Below are positions 42,057 through 54,900 of a stretch of 64,000 nt of DNA, one piece after another. The notes under the pieces were generated by a model. That model was not told where the DNA came from, did not search any database, and was given only the letters and a program-made list of their open reading frames with translations. The DNA is taken from NCBI GenBank assembly GCA_038151515.1, contig JAYOVN010000004.1, positions 5,799-69,798 on the forward strand, in the 5' to 3' direction. The translations under genes and the position numbers were made by a program. Numbering within the stretch: position 1 is the stretch's first letter; the number at the start of each line of letters is the position of its first letter. This stretch comes from Gammaproteobacteria bacterium (GTDB taxonomy: Bacteria > Pseudomonadota > Gammaproteobacteria > Pseudomonadales > Azotimanducaceae).

Positions 42057-43184
42057 CTAGCGCTCTGCTATTGGCTTAAGCACTCGAGGCTCTGGGCCAA
42101 CGTAATCGGCACTGGGCCGAATGATGCGGTTGTTTTCACGCTGCTCCATCACGTGGGCACTCCAGCCTGAGACCCGGGAGCAAACGAAGATCGGAGTGAA
42201 CAGCTTGGTTGGTATACCCATAAAGTTGTATGCGGATGCGTGAAAGAAGTCAGCATTCGCAAACAGTTCTTTTTCATCCCACATGACCTTTTCAATGGCA
42301 CAGGACACCGGATACAGAACCGAGTCGCCCACCTCATTGGCGAGTTTTTCAGCCCACTGCTTGATGATCACGTTGCGCGGATCCGACGTGCTGTAAATAG
42401 CGTGTCCGAAGCCCATGATTTTTTCTTTGCGTTCCAACATTCCCAACAAACCACTGGTCGCCTCGTCAGCAGTCGTGAACTTTTCGATAAGCTCCATTGC
42501 CGCCTCATTGGCCCCTCCGTGCAGTGGGCCGCGCAGCGACCCGATAGCACCGGTAACGCAAGAATGCATATCTGACAGAGTGGATGCACAGACTCGGGCT
42601 GTAAACGTCGACGCGTTGAACTCATGCTCGGCGTAGAGTATCAGGGACACATCCATAACCCGTTGATGAAGATCACTCGGCTTTTTACCGGTCAACGTCT
42701 CTAAAAAGTGCCCCGCCAATGAATCTGCATCGGTGTCGGTATCGATTCGCACGCCATCGTGACTGAAACGGTACCAATAATTAATGATGCCCGGTAAGGC
42801 GCCAAGCAGGCGGTTGGCAACATTCTGTTGATTCTCAAAGTCTCCCTCGGGCTCAAGGTTACCCAACATGGAACAACCGGTTCGCATGACATCCATAGGG
42901 TGAGCTGATGCGGGGATACGCTCTAGCACTTCTAATAGCGTTGCCGGCAGCTTACGGTTGGCCTTGAGGACCTTGTGATATTCATCCAGTTGGCTGGCAT
43001 TTGGCAGCTCGCCATAAAAAATGAGATAGGCGACCTCTTCAAATGTCGCGTTGTCCGCTAGGTCAGTGATGTCGTACCCGCGGTAGGTCAATCCTGTACC
43101 GCTTTTACCCACAGTGCACAGTTGCGTGCTACCGGCGCTTTGTCCGCGAAGTCCCGCTCCGCCAAGTTTTTTCTCAGCCATCAA
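42057..43184 (-). CDS. prpC: 2-methylcitrate synthase
   Basis: GLRGQSAG, LTYRGY, HPMDV, YAEHEFNASTF, GPLHGGANE, GFGHAIY; downstream of prpB. Confidence 0.95.
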   Translation of the reverse strand: MMAEKKLGGAGLRGQSAGSTQLCTVGKSGTGLTYRGYDITDLADNATFEEVAYLIFYGELPNASQLDEYHKVLKANRKLPATLLEVLERIPASAHPMDVMRTGCSMLGNLEPEGDFENQQNVANRLLGALPGIINYWYRFSHDGVRIDTDTDADSLAGHFLETLTGKKPSDLHQRVMDVSLILYAEHEFNASTFTARVCASTLSDMHSCVTGAIGSLRGPLHGGANEAAMELIEKFTTADEATSGLLGMLERKEKIMGFGHAIYSTSDPRNVIIKQWAEKLANEVGDSVLYPVSCAIEKVMWDEKELFANADFFHASAYNFMGIPTKLFTPIFVCSRVSGWSAHVMEQRENNRIIRPSADYVGPEPRVLKPIAER

Positions 43185-43234
43185 AATTCTCCTTTGCTAT
43201 TGAATCTCTATTGAAGGCCGGTCAAATCAACGCT

Positions 43235-44122
43235 TCAGGAAGCCTTCGATTGATCGGCAAAAAGCTCATCCAATTTTTCTTCATAGGCGTGGTAGCCCAA
43301 AAAATCGTATAACTCCATGCGTGTTTGCATGGTATCCACAACACTTGCTTGGCTGCCCTGATCCTTTAGCGCTTGGTAAACGTTCAAGGCGGCCTTGTTC
43401 ATGGCGCGAAATGCGGACAGCGGATAAAGGGCCATGGCGATGCCAACCGCCGCCAGCTCATCTACATGGTACAAGGGCGTTTGGCCAAACTCTGTTAAAT
43501 TGGCCAGCACAGGCACCCCGGCCGCCTCGATGATGGGACGATACATATCAATTTCCGTCATCGCTTCGGCGAATATCGAATCTGCACCGGCTTCAGCGAA
43601 GGCTCCGGCTCGATCAATTACCGCGTTAAGGCCGTCCACAGACAGCGCGTCCGTTCGGGCCATCACGACAAAATCCGGATCGGTTTTTGCGTCCACTGCC
43701 GCCTTAATGCGATCCACCATTTCTTGAACGGAAACGATAGCCTTGTTAGGACGATGGCCGCAGCGTTTTTGGGATACCTGATCCTCAATATGTACGGCGG
43801 CGGCCCCAGCAGCCGTCATGTCTTTAATGGTTTTTGAGATGTTAAAAGCGCCGCCCCAACCCGTGTCAATGTCCACAAGCAAGGGCAAGTCCGTTGCTCC
43901 GGTAATGCGGCGAACGTCTTCAAGCACATCGTTCAAAGAGGTCATGCCTAAGTCCGGAAGACCATAGGAGGCATTCGCGACGCCCCCACCGGAAAGGTAG
44001 ATGGCCTGATGTCCGACACGTTCCGCCATTAACGCCGTATAGGCATTGATGGTGCCCGGAATCTGCAGTGGCGTCGGTGCGGCGGCACTGATCGCCGCTC
44101 GAAATTTTTTGCCTTGGCTCAT
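43235..44122 (-). CDS. prpB: 2-methylisocitrate lyase
   Basis: [34 protein letters not shown]. Confidence 0.96.
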   Translation of the reverse strand: MSQGKKFRAAISAAAPTPLQIPGTINAYTALMAERVGHQAIYLSGGGVANASYGLPDLGMTSLNDVLEDVRRITGATDLPLLVDIDTGWGGAFNISKTIKDMTAAGAAAVHIEDQVSQKRCGHRPNKAIVSVQEMVDRIKAAVDAKTDPDFVVMARTDALSVDGLNAVIDRAGAFAEAGADSIFAEAMTEIDMYRPIIEAAGVPVLANLTEFGQTPLYHVDELAAVGIAMALYPLSAFRAMNKAALNVYQALKDQGSQASVVDTMQTRMELYDFLGYHAYEEKLDELFADQSKAS

Positions 44123-44318
44123 GAAACACCCTCCCTAAATTGAATCTGCCCCTGTTATCGGGCCGGGTATGATAACTGAATTGATCGCCTAGATCCCGTT
44201 GGAACCCTTCCTGCACCAGAGGGCTAAGCAGCAAGAGTTCATACCTCAGCCAAAGCCTCGCGGGCGCCTTAACCCCTATCGTTTTGAGTCGAAACTTCCT
44301 CGACAAACACGAGTCAGA

Positions 44319-44924
44319 CTAGAAGTTCGCCTGTGCTTGGAGGATCAGCTGCTGAAGTTGTTCGTAATCTGCGGCCAACGGATATTGTGGGAATTGCTCG
44401 CGTACGTTATCTGGCGCCTGAAAGAAGATCCCAGCATGGGCCTCTTCCAACATCGACACATCATTGAACGAGTCCCCTGCCGCTAAGACATTCAATTCGA
44501 GGGACTTGAAGGCTTTAACCGAACAACGCTTGGGGTCTGGCTGCCGAAGGGTATAACCCACAATGCGATCATCGCGAACCTGCAGCTTGTGGCAGAGCAA
44601 AAAAGGCTCGTCTAGCTGCGCCATGAGGGGCGCTGCGAACTCATAAAAGGTGTCCGAGATGATGGCTACCTGGAAATTTAGTCGTGCCCAGCGAAGAAAA
44701 TCCGCCGCGCCAGGCAATGGGCTCAACTTGGCAATTTCCGACTGAATTTGGCTTAGCGTAATACCGTGCTCCTCAATGATGCCCAACCGGTAATTCATCA
44801 AGTCGTCGTAATTGGGAATGTCCCGGGTGGTCTTAAGCAGTTCGGGTATTTGCGTTTCTTGCGCCACCGCCTGCCAAACTTCCGGCACCAGCACACCCTC
44901 TAAATCCAAACACAATACGTCCAC
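44319..44924 (-). CDS. thrH: Phosphoserine phosphatase / homoserine phosphotransferase (HAD)
   Basis: CLDLEGVLVPEVW, TTRDIPNYD.LM, ISDTFYEF, AAGDSFND. Confidence 0.93.
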   Translation of the reverse strand: MDVLCLDLEGVLVPEVWQAVAQETQIPELLKTTRDIPNYDDLMNYRLGIIEEHGITLSQIQSEIAKLSPLPGAADFLRWARLNFQVAIISDTFYEFAAPLMAQLDEPFLLCHKLQVRDDRIVGYTLRQPDPKRCSVKAFKSLELNVLAAGDSFNDVSMLEEAHAGIFFQAPDNVREQFPQYPLAADYEQLQQLILQAQANF

Positions 44925-45045
44925 GGCCTACCTCAGAGAAAATTTGGCGTAAGCATATAGCAACAGAGTATTTTTTTTGAATTTTTCGTGCTGGTAACGT
45001 ACGCGCCCTGTTGATTGACGCAAAACCAAGGGTACTACCGCCACC

Positions 45046-45795
45046 ATGAACATCGACGCCACAAAGCCTGCCGCCACCAGCCAGCTGAGCAAAAAAATTG
45101 CGGACACCGAAGAGCTGTTGAGCCAAGCTTTGACGGAATTTGACCACGGCCAAATCGCCCTATCCTTTAGCGGCGCTGAAGATGTGGTGCTCATTGATCT
45201 GGTGCAAAGCCTAGGCCAGCAAGTTGAGGTTTTTTCTCTAGATACCGGGCGTTTGCCAACAGAGACCTACGAATACCTCGAGACGGTACGGAACCATTAC
45301 CAACAGCAAATCGAGTTGGTCTATCCGGCTCCCGAAGGCGTCGAGGCACTGGTCAAAGCCAAGGGCCTGTTTAGTTTTTATCAGGACGGACATCAAGAGT
45401 GCTGCTCCGTCAGAAAAGTACAGCCACTACGTCGAAAGCTGTCTACTCTGGACGCGTGGATTACCGGTCAGCGCCAGGATCAAAGTGTCACGCGCAGCGA
45501 AATTCCTCACCGCCAGAAGGACTCGGGCTTTTCAACCGACGATCACGAACTGATTAAGTTCAATCCGTTGGCTCTATGGTCTTCGGCAGACGTTTGGCAG
45601 TACATTCGCGACTACCAAGTACCCTACAACCCGCTACACGACCGAGGGTTCATCTCTGTGGGCTGCCAACCCTGCACCCGAGCTGTGGGCCCCTACGAGC
45701 ACGAACGCGCTGGGCGCTGGTGGTGGGAGGAAGCAACGCAAAAGGAATGCGGCCTGCATGGCCAGAACGTGATCCCTCTGACTCAGGTGTCCTAG
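45046..45795 (+). CDS. cysH: Assimilatory adenylylsulfate reductase, [4Fe-4S] APS-type
   Basis: SFSGAEDVV, LDTG, ECCSVRK (CC), WITGQR, SVGCQPCT (CxxC), C-terminal ECGLH. Confidence 0.93.
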   Translation: MNIDATKPAATSQLSKKIADTEELLSQALTEFDHGQIALSFSGAEDVVLIDLVQSLGQQVEVFSLDTGRLPTETYEYLETVRNHYQQQIELVYPAPEGVEALVKAKGLFSFYQDGHQECCSVRKVQPLRRKLSTLDAWITGQRQDQSVTRSEIPHRQKDSGFSTDDHELIKFNPLALWSSADVWQYIRDYQVPYNPLHDRGFISVGCQPCTRAVGPYEHERAGRWWWEEATQKECGLHGQNVIPLTQVS

Positions 45796-45830
45796 AGTAA
45801 AAAACGAGATAGCACTCTGGGCCTGCGAAC

Positions 45831-48128
<2,298 letters not shown>

Positions 48129-48129
48129 A

Positions 48130-48339
48130 TTAGGCATCCAAATCAGGAATCAACTCACCTTCCAACTTGTGAATCGCATCCTTGAGTTTGAGCTTACGCC
48201 GTTTCAAGCGCTGAATGCGCATGGTGTCGTGATGTCGGCTACTGAGCAGGTGATTGATGGCAATGTCTAAATCCCTGTGCTCCGTTCTAAGGGATTCAAG
48301 CCAACGAAGCTGCTGCTCTCTATCGTCTTCGAAATCCAC
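48130..48339 (-). CDS. DUF465 (YdcH-like) small coiled-coil protein
   Basis: LRTEHRDLD.AI, RIQRLKRRKLKLKDAI..LE..LIPD; GTG start. Confidence 0.85.
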   Translation of the reverse strand: MDFEDDREQQLRWLESLRTEHRDLDIAINHLLSSRHHDTMRIQRLKRRKLKLKDAIHKLEGELIPDLDA

Positions 48340-48430
48340 AACGGTTCCTCGGCATAGATCAAAAAAAGTAGAACGACTCGATTCAAGCGGCGGTGGGCCC
48401 GGGCGCTCGACTCAGGATGAAATCGATAAG

Positions 48431-48498
48431 GCTCTCTATGAGACTCGCTCTCTATGAGACTCGCTCTCTATGAGACTAGCCCTCTATGAGACTAGCCC
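48431..48498 (+). repeat. Tandem array, 4 x 16 bp plus 4 bp
   Basis: GCTCTCTATGAGACTC x2, GCTCTCTATGAGACTA, GCCCTCTATGAGACTA, GCCC; the last unit contains the TAG stop of the TerB-like gene. Confidence 0.92.
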
Positions 48499-48890
48499 AT
48501 ATCCAACATCGCTGCGCCTTCAGCTTCCAATTGGGACATCCGCTTAGTCCAATTTTCAAGCATGGCAAAGTGCCCTTCGCTGACATCGAATGCTTTTCGA
48601 ATCTCGTTAATCAAGCATTCTTCCTCGATCTCAAAAGCGCCGTCGGCGTAGCTGAGCTTACACAGGTTCATGAGCACAATGAGCTGGGACTGGCGGTCGG
48701 GGAAGATCCGCTCCACGCCGTCTAGATCAAGGTATTCCACCTCAAAGTCGCTGCCCACCCCCATTTCCCGACGAAAGGCTTCTAGCATCCCCTCTTCGTT
48801 GGGATCCAACAGACCATCCGACACAATGACGTTATGCGCCAAGCGAAGCATCGCCCGTTGCTGGTCGTGATTAAGTGTCGAAAGCCACAT
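48492..48890 (-). CDS. TerB-like protein
   Basis: Two helical repeats with acidic DG..D..E motifs (VSDGLLDPNEE, YADGAFEIEEE) typical of the TerB fold. Confidence 0.72.
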   Translation of the reverse strand: MWLSTLNHDQQRAMLRLAHNVIVSDGLLDPNEEGMLEAFRREMGVGSDFEVEYLDLDGVERIFPDRQSQLIVLMNLCKLSYADGAFEIEEECLINEIRKAFDVSEGHFAMLENWTKRMSQLEAEGAAMLDMG

Positions 48891-48894
48891 AGTC

Positions 48895-49014
48895 TTAGGC
48901 CATTACCTGCTGCACAAGGCTGGTGAACATAATCAGAACGGACAACCAGCCCAAGCCTAAAAATGCTTTCATAACAATGTTTTGATCAAAGAAGTCTTCA
49001 ATTAGATGCCACAT
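48895..49014 (-). CDS. Unannotated 39-aa single-TM small protein
   Basis: Manual translation MWHLIEDFFDQNIVMKAFLGLGWLSVLIMFTSLVQQVMA*; AGGAG 11 nt upstream; TAA ends 4 nt before the TerB-like ATG. Confidence 0.6.
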   Translation of the reverse strand: MWHLIEDFFDQNIVMKAFLGLGWLSVLIMFTSLVQQVMA

Positions 49015-49252
49015 GTTTTTCGCTACTCCTGGTCAGTTTTTCCAAGACCGTGAAATACTTTTCAGCAGTCCTATCGTTATTCGATTCATATGCTCCCACG
49101 CGCCACGACCATTCCGGCAGGATGACGAGTCTTGGGAGGCTGCAGATTTTAACCCTTGTTGCTTACGCTTGATAGCTTCCTAACGAAAAGAATGTTGATG
49201 CACATGCTTCCTAGCGTTGTCCGCACGCGCCTTACTTCGTTAGACTTCAGTC

Positions 49253-51901
49253 ATGCCCGTCGCATTAGCGCATATTCCAACCCAACATCTCGACGATATA
49301 GCCGACTGTGTGGTTATTACCCCCAACGAACGGCTAGCCAGAGAATTCAGCAATGCTTTCGATCTCGCCAAACTAGCCGCTGGAGCCTCGGTCTGGCCCA
49401 GTTTGCAATGCATGAGTCTGCGCCGCTTCTGGCGTCAACAGTATTCTCAACTCCAATATTCCGCCGTGGACCAGCCTCAGTTGCTCTCAGAGCAGGAAAT
49501 TAACCTTCGATTCCAGCAAAGTGCTCCCGAGGGCTACACCCAACAATGCCGCGCCGCTGCCGCCGCTTGGCAGCTTGTTCGGGGCTATGATATCAACCTT
49601 CATGGCCCCCAGATGAGCAGTGAACGTGCCCAGTATTTCGCCCAGTGGTGCGCATCTGCAGTACCCGAAGACCCCAATCGAACCATTTGCGAAGGCGATT
49701 TGCCTCGCGTGCTTGGTTCCTGCATTGAAGACCTCACCGGGGTTCAAAACCAACGACTTCTGCTAATCGACATCGAACATCTCTCACCGGCTGAAAGTTC
49801 ATTTTTCCAGCGATTGACCGAAACCGACCAAGCATCCGTCAACATCCTTCAGTCCGGCACTTGGATCACCGGATTTCGACCGGATCTGGGGTTGAGAGGA
49901 GCCATACAACATGAGGAATCCGCGACCCTAACGGCCTCACCTCACCCTTGCGTTGTATCAATACCGACAGTCGACATCGTCGGGTATGACTCCTTAGGCG
50001 ACGAGCTAATGGCCGCGGCTAGCTGGACCCGTGAAAAAAGCACAGCGGAACCTCATGCGACCATTGGAGTCGTAGTACCTGATCTCAGCGCCAACTACGA
50101 CCGTGTGTTGCGTCAGTTTACCGCCACCCTGACACCCATGGTCGACAGCCGACATCCGGCCTTTGACCTTTCTGGGGGCAAGAGCTTGGTGAGCCAGCCC
50201 GTGTGGCGCCACGCCAGAATTTACTTGGACTGGCTGCGTCAGCCAGCGGATCAAACCACGTTGACACCACTCCTGCATTCTCCCTATCTGACACTGCCTT
50301 GGTGCGATGAATTGAAAGATCGTTGGCCCGGATGGGCCAGACGCAAGCTAGCCAGCACCGCCATGCTGCAAGATGAGAGCGCTGGCGCGCTCAGAGAGTT
50401 AATCGCCACTTTGCCGAATCGAGCGAGGCTCGACGTGTGGGTGGAACAGATCCGAGGTCTGTTGACGTGCGGCGGTTGGCCTCGAACCCAAGAGTTGGGC
50501 TCCATTCAATTTCAAGCAGCCACTCGAATCCAATCCATACTTGGCGAGTTGGCTACGGAACCAAGCGCCACCCTCATCACCTTGGCTGATGCGCTGGAGT
50601 TGGTCGATTGGGCCTTGGACCAAGCCTTCGCACCTCAACGTCAAGCATCCAACATCCAAATCCTTGGCATGCTGGAAACCACGGGACTGAGCTTTGATTA
50701 TCTCTGGGTCTGCGGCATGAGCGCCGAACAGTTTCCCGGCAAAGCCACCGTATCGACCTTTATCCCTCGAAGTGCGGCAGTGGCCTATGGCATGCCCCGC
50801 AGCACTCAAGATCAAGAACTAGCCTTTGCCCAGAGAACGCTTAGATCTTGGGTTTCCCGAAACCGCCAGCTGCGCATGAGTTTTACCCATACCTTCAATG
50901 GGGCGGCAGTCCAGCACACCCCCTTGGTCCAAGCCCCCCACCCAGACCAAGTCGGGCATCCTGAGCCGACGCCAGCATTGGAACACAGACACCCATTCAT
51001 GCGGTCTCAGGGGTTATCACCCTCGAGCCAAGATGATGGCTATGGCACCCCCGTTAGCCCCGGCCTCACAAGGGGCGGCACACATCGCCTAGAAACACAG
51101 GCTCAATGCGCCTTCAAAGCCTTTGCCACCTATCGCTTGGGTCTTGAACAACCAAACGAGCCGCGAGATTTTATGAACGCCATGGAGCGTGGCAACGCCC
51201 TACACTGGATTTTTGAACATCTTTACCGGCGTTTTCCGAACCCTGAACTGGCCCGAAACCAGCCCGCCGATGTTTTACGAACGCTTTGCGCCCAGTCCTT
51301 ACACCGCTATACCCATTTGCCCGAGACGTTTCTTGCGACGGAACAAGAACGCCTATACCAGCTTGCAAGGGCATTTCTAGACATAGAGGCTCAACGCCGC
51401 CCTTTTGAGGTGCTGCAAACCGAAGAGCGTTATGTACTGGAACTGGGCAATCTTTCCTTTGCGCTGCGAATCGACAGGCTGGACAAAGTAGACGACGCCA
51501 TCGTGGTCATCGACTACAAAACGGGAAAGGTGAGCGTTGGCGGTGTTCAAGATACATTGCTCGCCCCACAACTGCCCTGTTACAGCATCATTCGGGAGGA
51601 TGTCGCTGGAGTCTATTACGCTCAGCTGCGAGAAGAGGATTGTAAAGTCGTCGGTCTAGGTAACGATGAACTGCAACTAGTTGAAGCAAAAAACCGCAGC
51701 ATTAAAACCACAGTGACGGATATCGATTGGCAGCAACAACGCAGCCAATGGGCTGAGCAGTTAGGAACTCTGGCAAATAACATCGAAGCTGGCGATGCAG
51801 CAGTTAACCCACAAACTAACGCCTGCCGCTACTGTCACCTCAAGCCCTTATGCCGGGTAGACGAAAAGCGCCCGACGGCTTCTGAGATGGAGCAGCCATG
51901 A
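49253..51901 (+). CDS. AddB/RexB-like nuclease subunit (degenerate helicase plus PD-(D/E)xK nuclease, Fe-S cysteines)
   Basis: VITPNERLAR N-terminus; QCAFKAF, RGNALH, LRIDRLD, VIDYKTG, PQL..Y, CRYCHLKPLC. Confidence 0.85.
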   Translation: MPVALAHIPTQHLDDIADCVVITPNERLAREFSNAFDLAKLAAGASVWPSLQCMSLRRFWRQQYSQLQYSAVDQPQLLSEQEINLRFQQSAPEGYTQQCRAAAAAWQLVRGYDINLHGPQMSSERAQYFAQWCASAVPEDPNRTICEGDLPRVLGSCIEDLTGVQNQRLLLIDIEHLSPAESSFFQRLTETDQASVNILQSGTWITGFRPDLGLRGAIQHEESATLTASPHPCVVSIPTVDIVGYDSLGDELMAAASWTREKSTAEPHATIGVVVPDLSANYDRVLRQFTATLTPMVDSRHPAFDLSGGKSLVSQPVWRHARIYLDWLRQPADQTTLTPLLHSPYLTLPWCDELKDRWPGWARRKLASTAMLQDESAGALRELIATLPNRARLDVWVEQIRGLLTCGGWPRTQELGSIQFQAATRIQSILGELATEPSATLITLADALELVDWALDQAFAPQRQASNIQILGMLETTGLSFDYLWVCGMSAEQFPGKATVSTFIPRSAAVAYGMPRSTQDQELAFAQRTLRSWVSRNRQLRMSFTHTFNGAAVQHTPLVQAPHPDQVGHPEPTPALEHRHPFMRSQGLSPSSQDDGYGTPVSPGLTRGGTHRLETQAQCAFKAFATYRLGLEQPNEPRDFMNAMERGNALHWIFEHLYRRFPNPELARNQPADVLRTLCAQSLHRYTHLPETFLATEQERLYQLARAFLDIEAQRRPFEVLQTEERYVLELGNLSFALRIDRLDKVDDAIVVIDYKTGKVSVGGVQDTLLAPQLPCYSIIREDVAGVYYAQLREEDCKVVGLGNDELQLVEAKNRSIKTTVTDIDWQQQRSQWAEQLGTLANNIEAGDAAVNPQTNACRYCHLKPLCRVDEKRPTASEMEQP

Positions 51902-54900
51902 GCGGCCTGCCTCTTGAACCAAACCCACAAGACCAGGCTCAGCGGCTTCGCGCCCTGTCGGTGACGGAGTCGTTTATCGTTCAAGCGCCTGCCGGCTCGG
52001 GCAAAACATCACTCCTAGTGGAGCGTTATTTACACCTGCTGGCAACCGTGCGGCGGCCAGAAGAAATTCTGGCCATCACGTTTACCCGAGCGGCGGCCAT
52101 GGAAATGAAACAGCGTGTTCTAAAGGCCCTGCAAAAGGATACCGCGCTGACTCAAGCCATCCGCCAACAGGATAGCGACAACGGCTGGATGCTTGCCCAA
52201 AACCCGAACCTGTTGAAAATACAAACCATCGACAGCTTTGCAACCGAGCTGGCAACCCAGATCCCCGGCAACCAAAGCGCCGAGGGCATGGCCATTGAGG
52301 ACAAACCGCGCCCTCTTTATCTTCAGGCCGCGCAAAACGTGTTGAGCAAACTCTTTACCTCGGATCCCAGCAATTTTTACGTCGCACAGTTTTTGCAGGC
52401 GTTAGACAACAACGCCGATTCCGCTGACAAACTGGTGACTGGCATGCTGGCCAAACGCGACCAGTGGCTGGATGTTTCTCGGCGCATTGCCGGTTTGGCG
52501 TTAAGTGGCAGCGGCGAATTGGCAAGCACATTAAATCAAGCCGTGAGCGAGCTACGGGAAACACTACTCGCGCCTCTTGATCACCGACTCAACAGCGACG
52601 ACCGACTGATGGTCACCCAAATAGCACAGGCCACTGACCGAACAGACCATATAACCGCGCTACTGCCCCTGATACTCACCCAAAAAGGCACCATTAGGAA
52701 AAGCATCGACCGGCGACAGGGAGAGGCCTTCACCGACAAAGACTTTAAAGGCGAGTTTCTCGGTTGGCTTGAAACCCTACAGCAGAGAAATTTGGCGCCG
52801 CTGCTTTCTGCCTGCGCCAAGTTGCCGGGTTTACAGGAAGAACCGGAAGCCTTTGATACCCTCATCGCCACTGCCGTTACCTTAGCCATGGCCGCAGCAG
52901 AGCTTGAGTCCCTGCTTGGACAGCGACGTTGTCTAGACTTTACCGGCATGCTCATGCGCGCCAGCGCCGGACTGGAAGACGAGCATGGTCCCACAGACCT
53001 CGCCCTGTATTGGGACTACCGAATTAGCCACCTGCTAGTGGATGAGTTCCAAGACACCTCGCGTAGTCAGTTCGAATTCTTCAATCGGCTCACGGCAGGC
53101 TGGACGATGGATGACGCAAATACCTTTTTCGCCGTCGGCGACCCCATGCAATCTGTTTACCGCTTTCGTGATGCCGACGTTTCGATTTTCAGCCAATGTT
53201 GGCAGCAGGGCCTGCCCAACGTCGCCTTAGAACCCTTGCAACTCACTTCCAACTTTCGCTCCAGTGCAGACCTTGTGGAGTGGAACAACGAGCTTTTTTC
53301 AGCCCTGTTTCCGGCTGACGCCCTACCCCACCTGGGCGCTATCCCCTTTTCTCGAGCCATTGCCCAACACCAAGACGATGATCCCGAACCCTCAAAAGCG
53401 CCTGCGGTTGTTCAACACGCATTTGCTGACGAGGCGCAGGAGGCAGCGGCCATCGCCGATCATGTGGCAGGGTTGCTAGCCCAACTTACCGAAGGCAGCC
53501 GGGAGGAAATTGGCATCCTGTGTCGCGCACGCTCCCACCTTCCCTTGCTGTTACATGCACTCAAGCAGGCGGGTATTGCCTATACGAGCACAGATATCGA
53601 TTCACTAGCAGCAGAACCCATCGTCACCGATCTGTTGAGCTTACACCGCATGCTGCTGCAGCCAAGCCATCGTTTGTCTTGGTTCAGTATTCTGCGAAGC
53701 CCAATGGTGGGCCTGAGCCTTGCCCAACTGGAACGCATTGCCGAAGCGCCCGATCTGCTCGCCGCCTGCGAGCAAGCGATGGACACCGACCCTGCCCTTA
53801 GCCGCTTTGTGCATGCATGGACATGGGCCCAGCAGCGCTTATTTGAACTGCCGGTTTGCGAAATCATTGAAGGCTGCTGGATGCGCCTTGGTGGTGTAGA
53901 CGCGTACCCACAGCCCGACCTAGCCCACGCTCACGCGTGGTTCGACCTACTCGAAGCACAGCAAGACCGCGGCTGGCGCCCAGAATTGGTGCAGGAGAAA
54001 ACGGCGGATCTTTATGCCCAGGATCCCAGTCAGGCCAAAGTAAAAGTCATGACTATTCATAAATCCAAAGGCCTGGAATTCACTCACGTTGTACTGCCTA
54101 ACCTAGGGCGCAAAGGTCGCGCCGACGACAAAGACCTGCTGCTGTGGCGGCCGACGGCTAGTGGCTTACTCGTCGGCGTGCGCGATGATGCTGTCTACCA
54201 GTGGCTGCGCTTTGAGGAGAACAGCCGCAGTGAGAACGAGATAAAGCGTCTGCTGTATGTGGCGTGTACCCGAGCTGAGCAAAGTTTGTGGCTAAGCACT
54301 GCCAGTCTTCGTAAGCGGCCTCAGGGTCTTGCCCAGTATCTGCCGGCGCTGGCCGCGATCGAAGACCAAAAGCCTGAAGCGGACAATGATACCGGTGACA
54401 GCGATAACGACCTTAAAGGTGTGCCGTTGAATCGCCAGAGGCTGCTCAAACATCTACCCGTGGATTACCAGTGGCGAGTTCCGTTCGATCAACCCGAACT
54501 GCCACAGACACAGGCGTTGAACGACGATCGAGAGGTGTCGTCAGATACCGAAGAGATCCAGGACGATCGTTCCAATCGTTTCAATTTGGCCCTTGGCAAC
54601 CTAGTGCACCAAGCATTGGCCTTTATTGGCGAACAAAACCAACAGTCTAGGCCCATAGACCAACAACTTTTGGTGGATCAGATGCACAGTTGGTTACCGA
54701 AACTGGATGCGGAGCCCCACCAATGGACACAGGTCTTCGACAAAGCTCAGGCCCACGTCCAGAAAACTTTGGCAGAACCTACGGGACATTGGCTTTTACA
54801 GGCTCATCGAAACGGATACTTTGAATGGCCGATTACCGTAGCGACCCACACTGGCCCTCGAAAGCTTGTTTTTGACCGAGTGTTCAGAACTGACGACGCA

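Noticed and set aside
48431-48498. CRISPR array
   Set aside because: Repeats are directly adjacent with no unique spacers, the 16-bp unit is too short, and there are no cas genes in the window.
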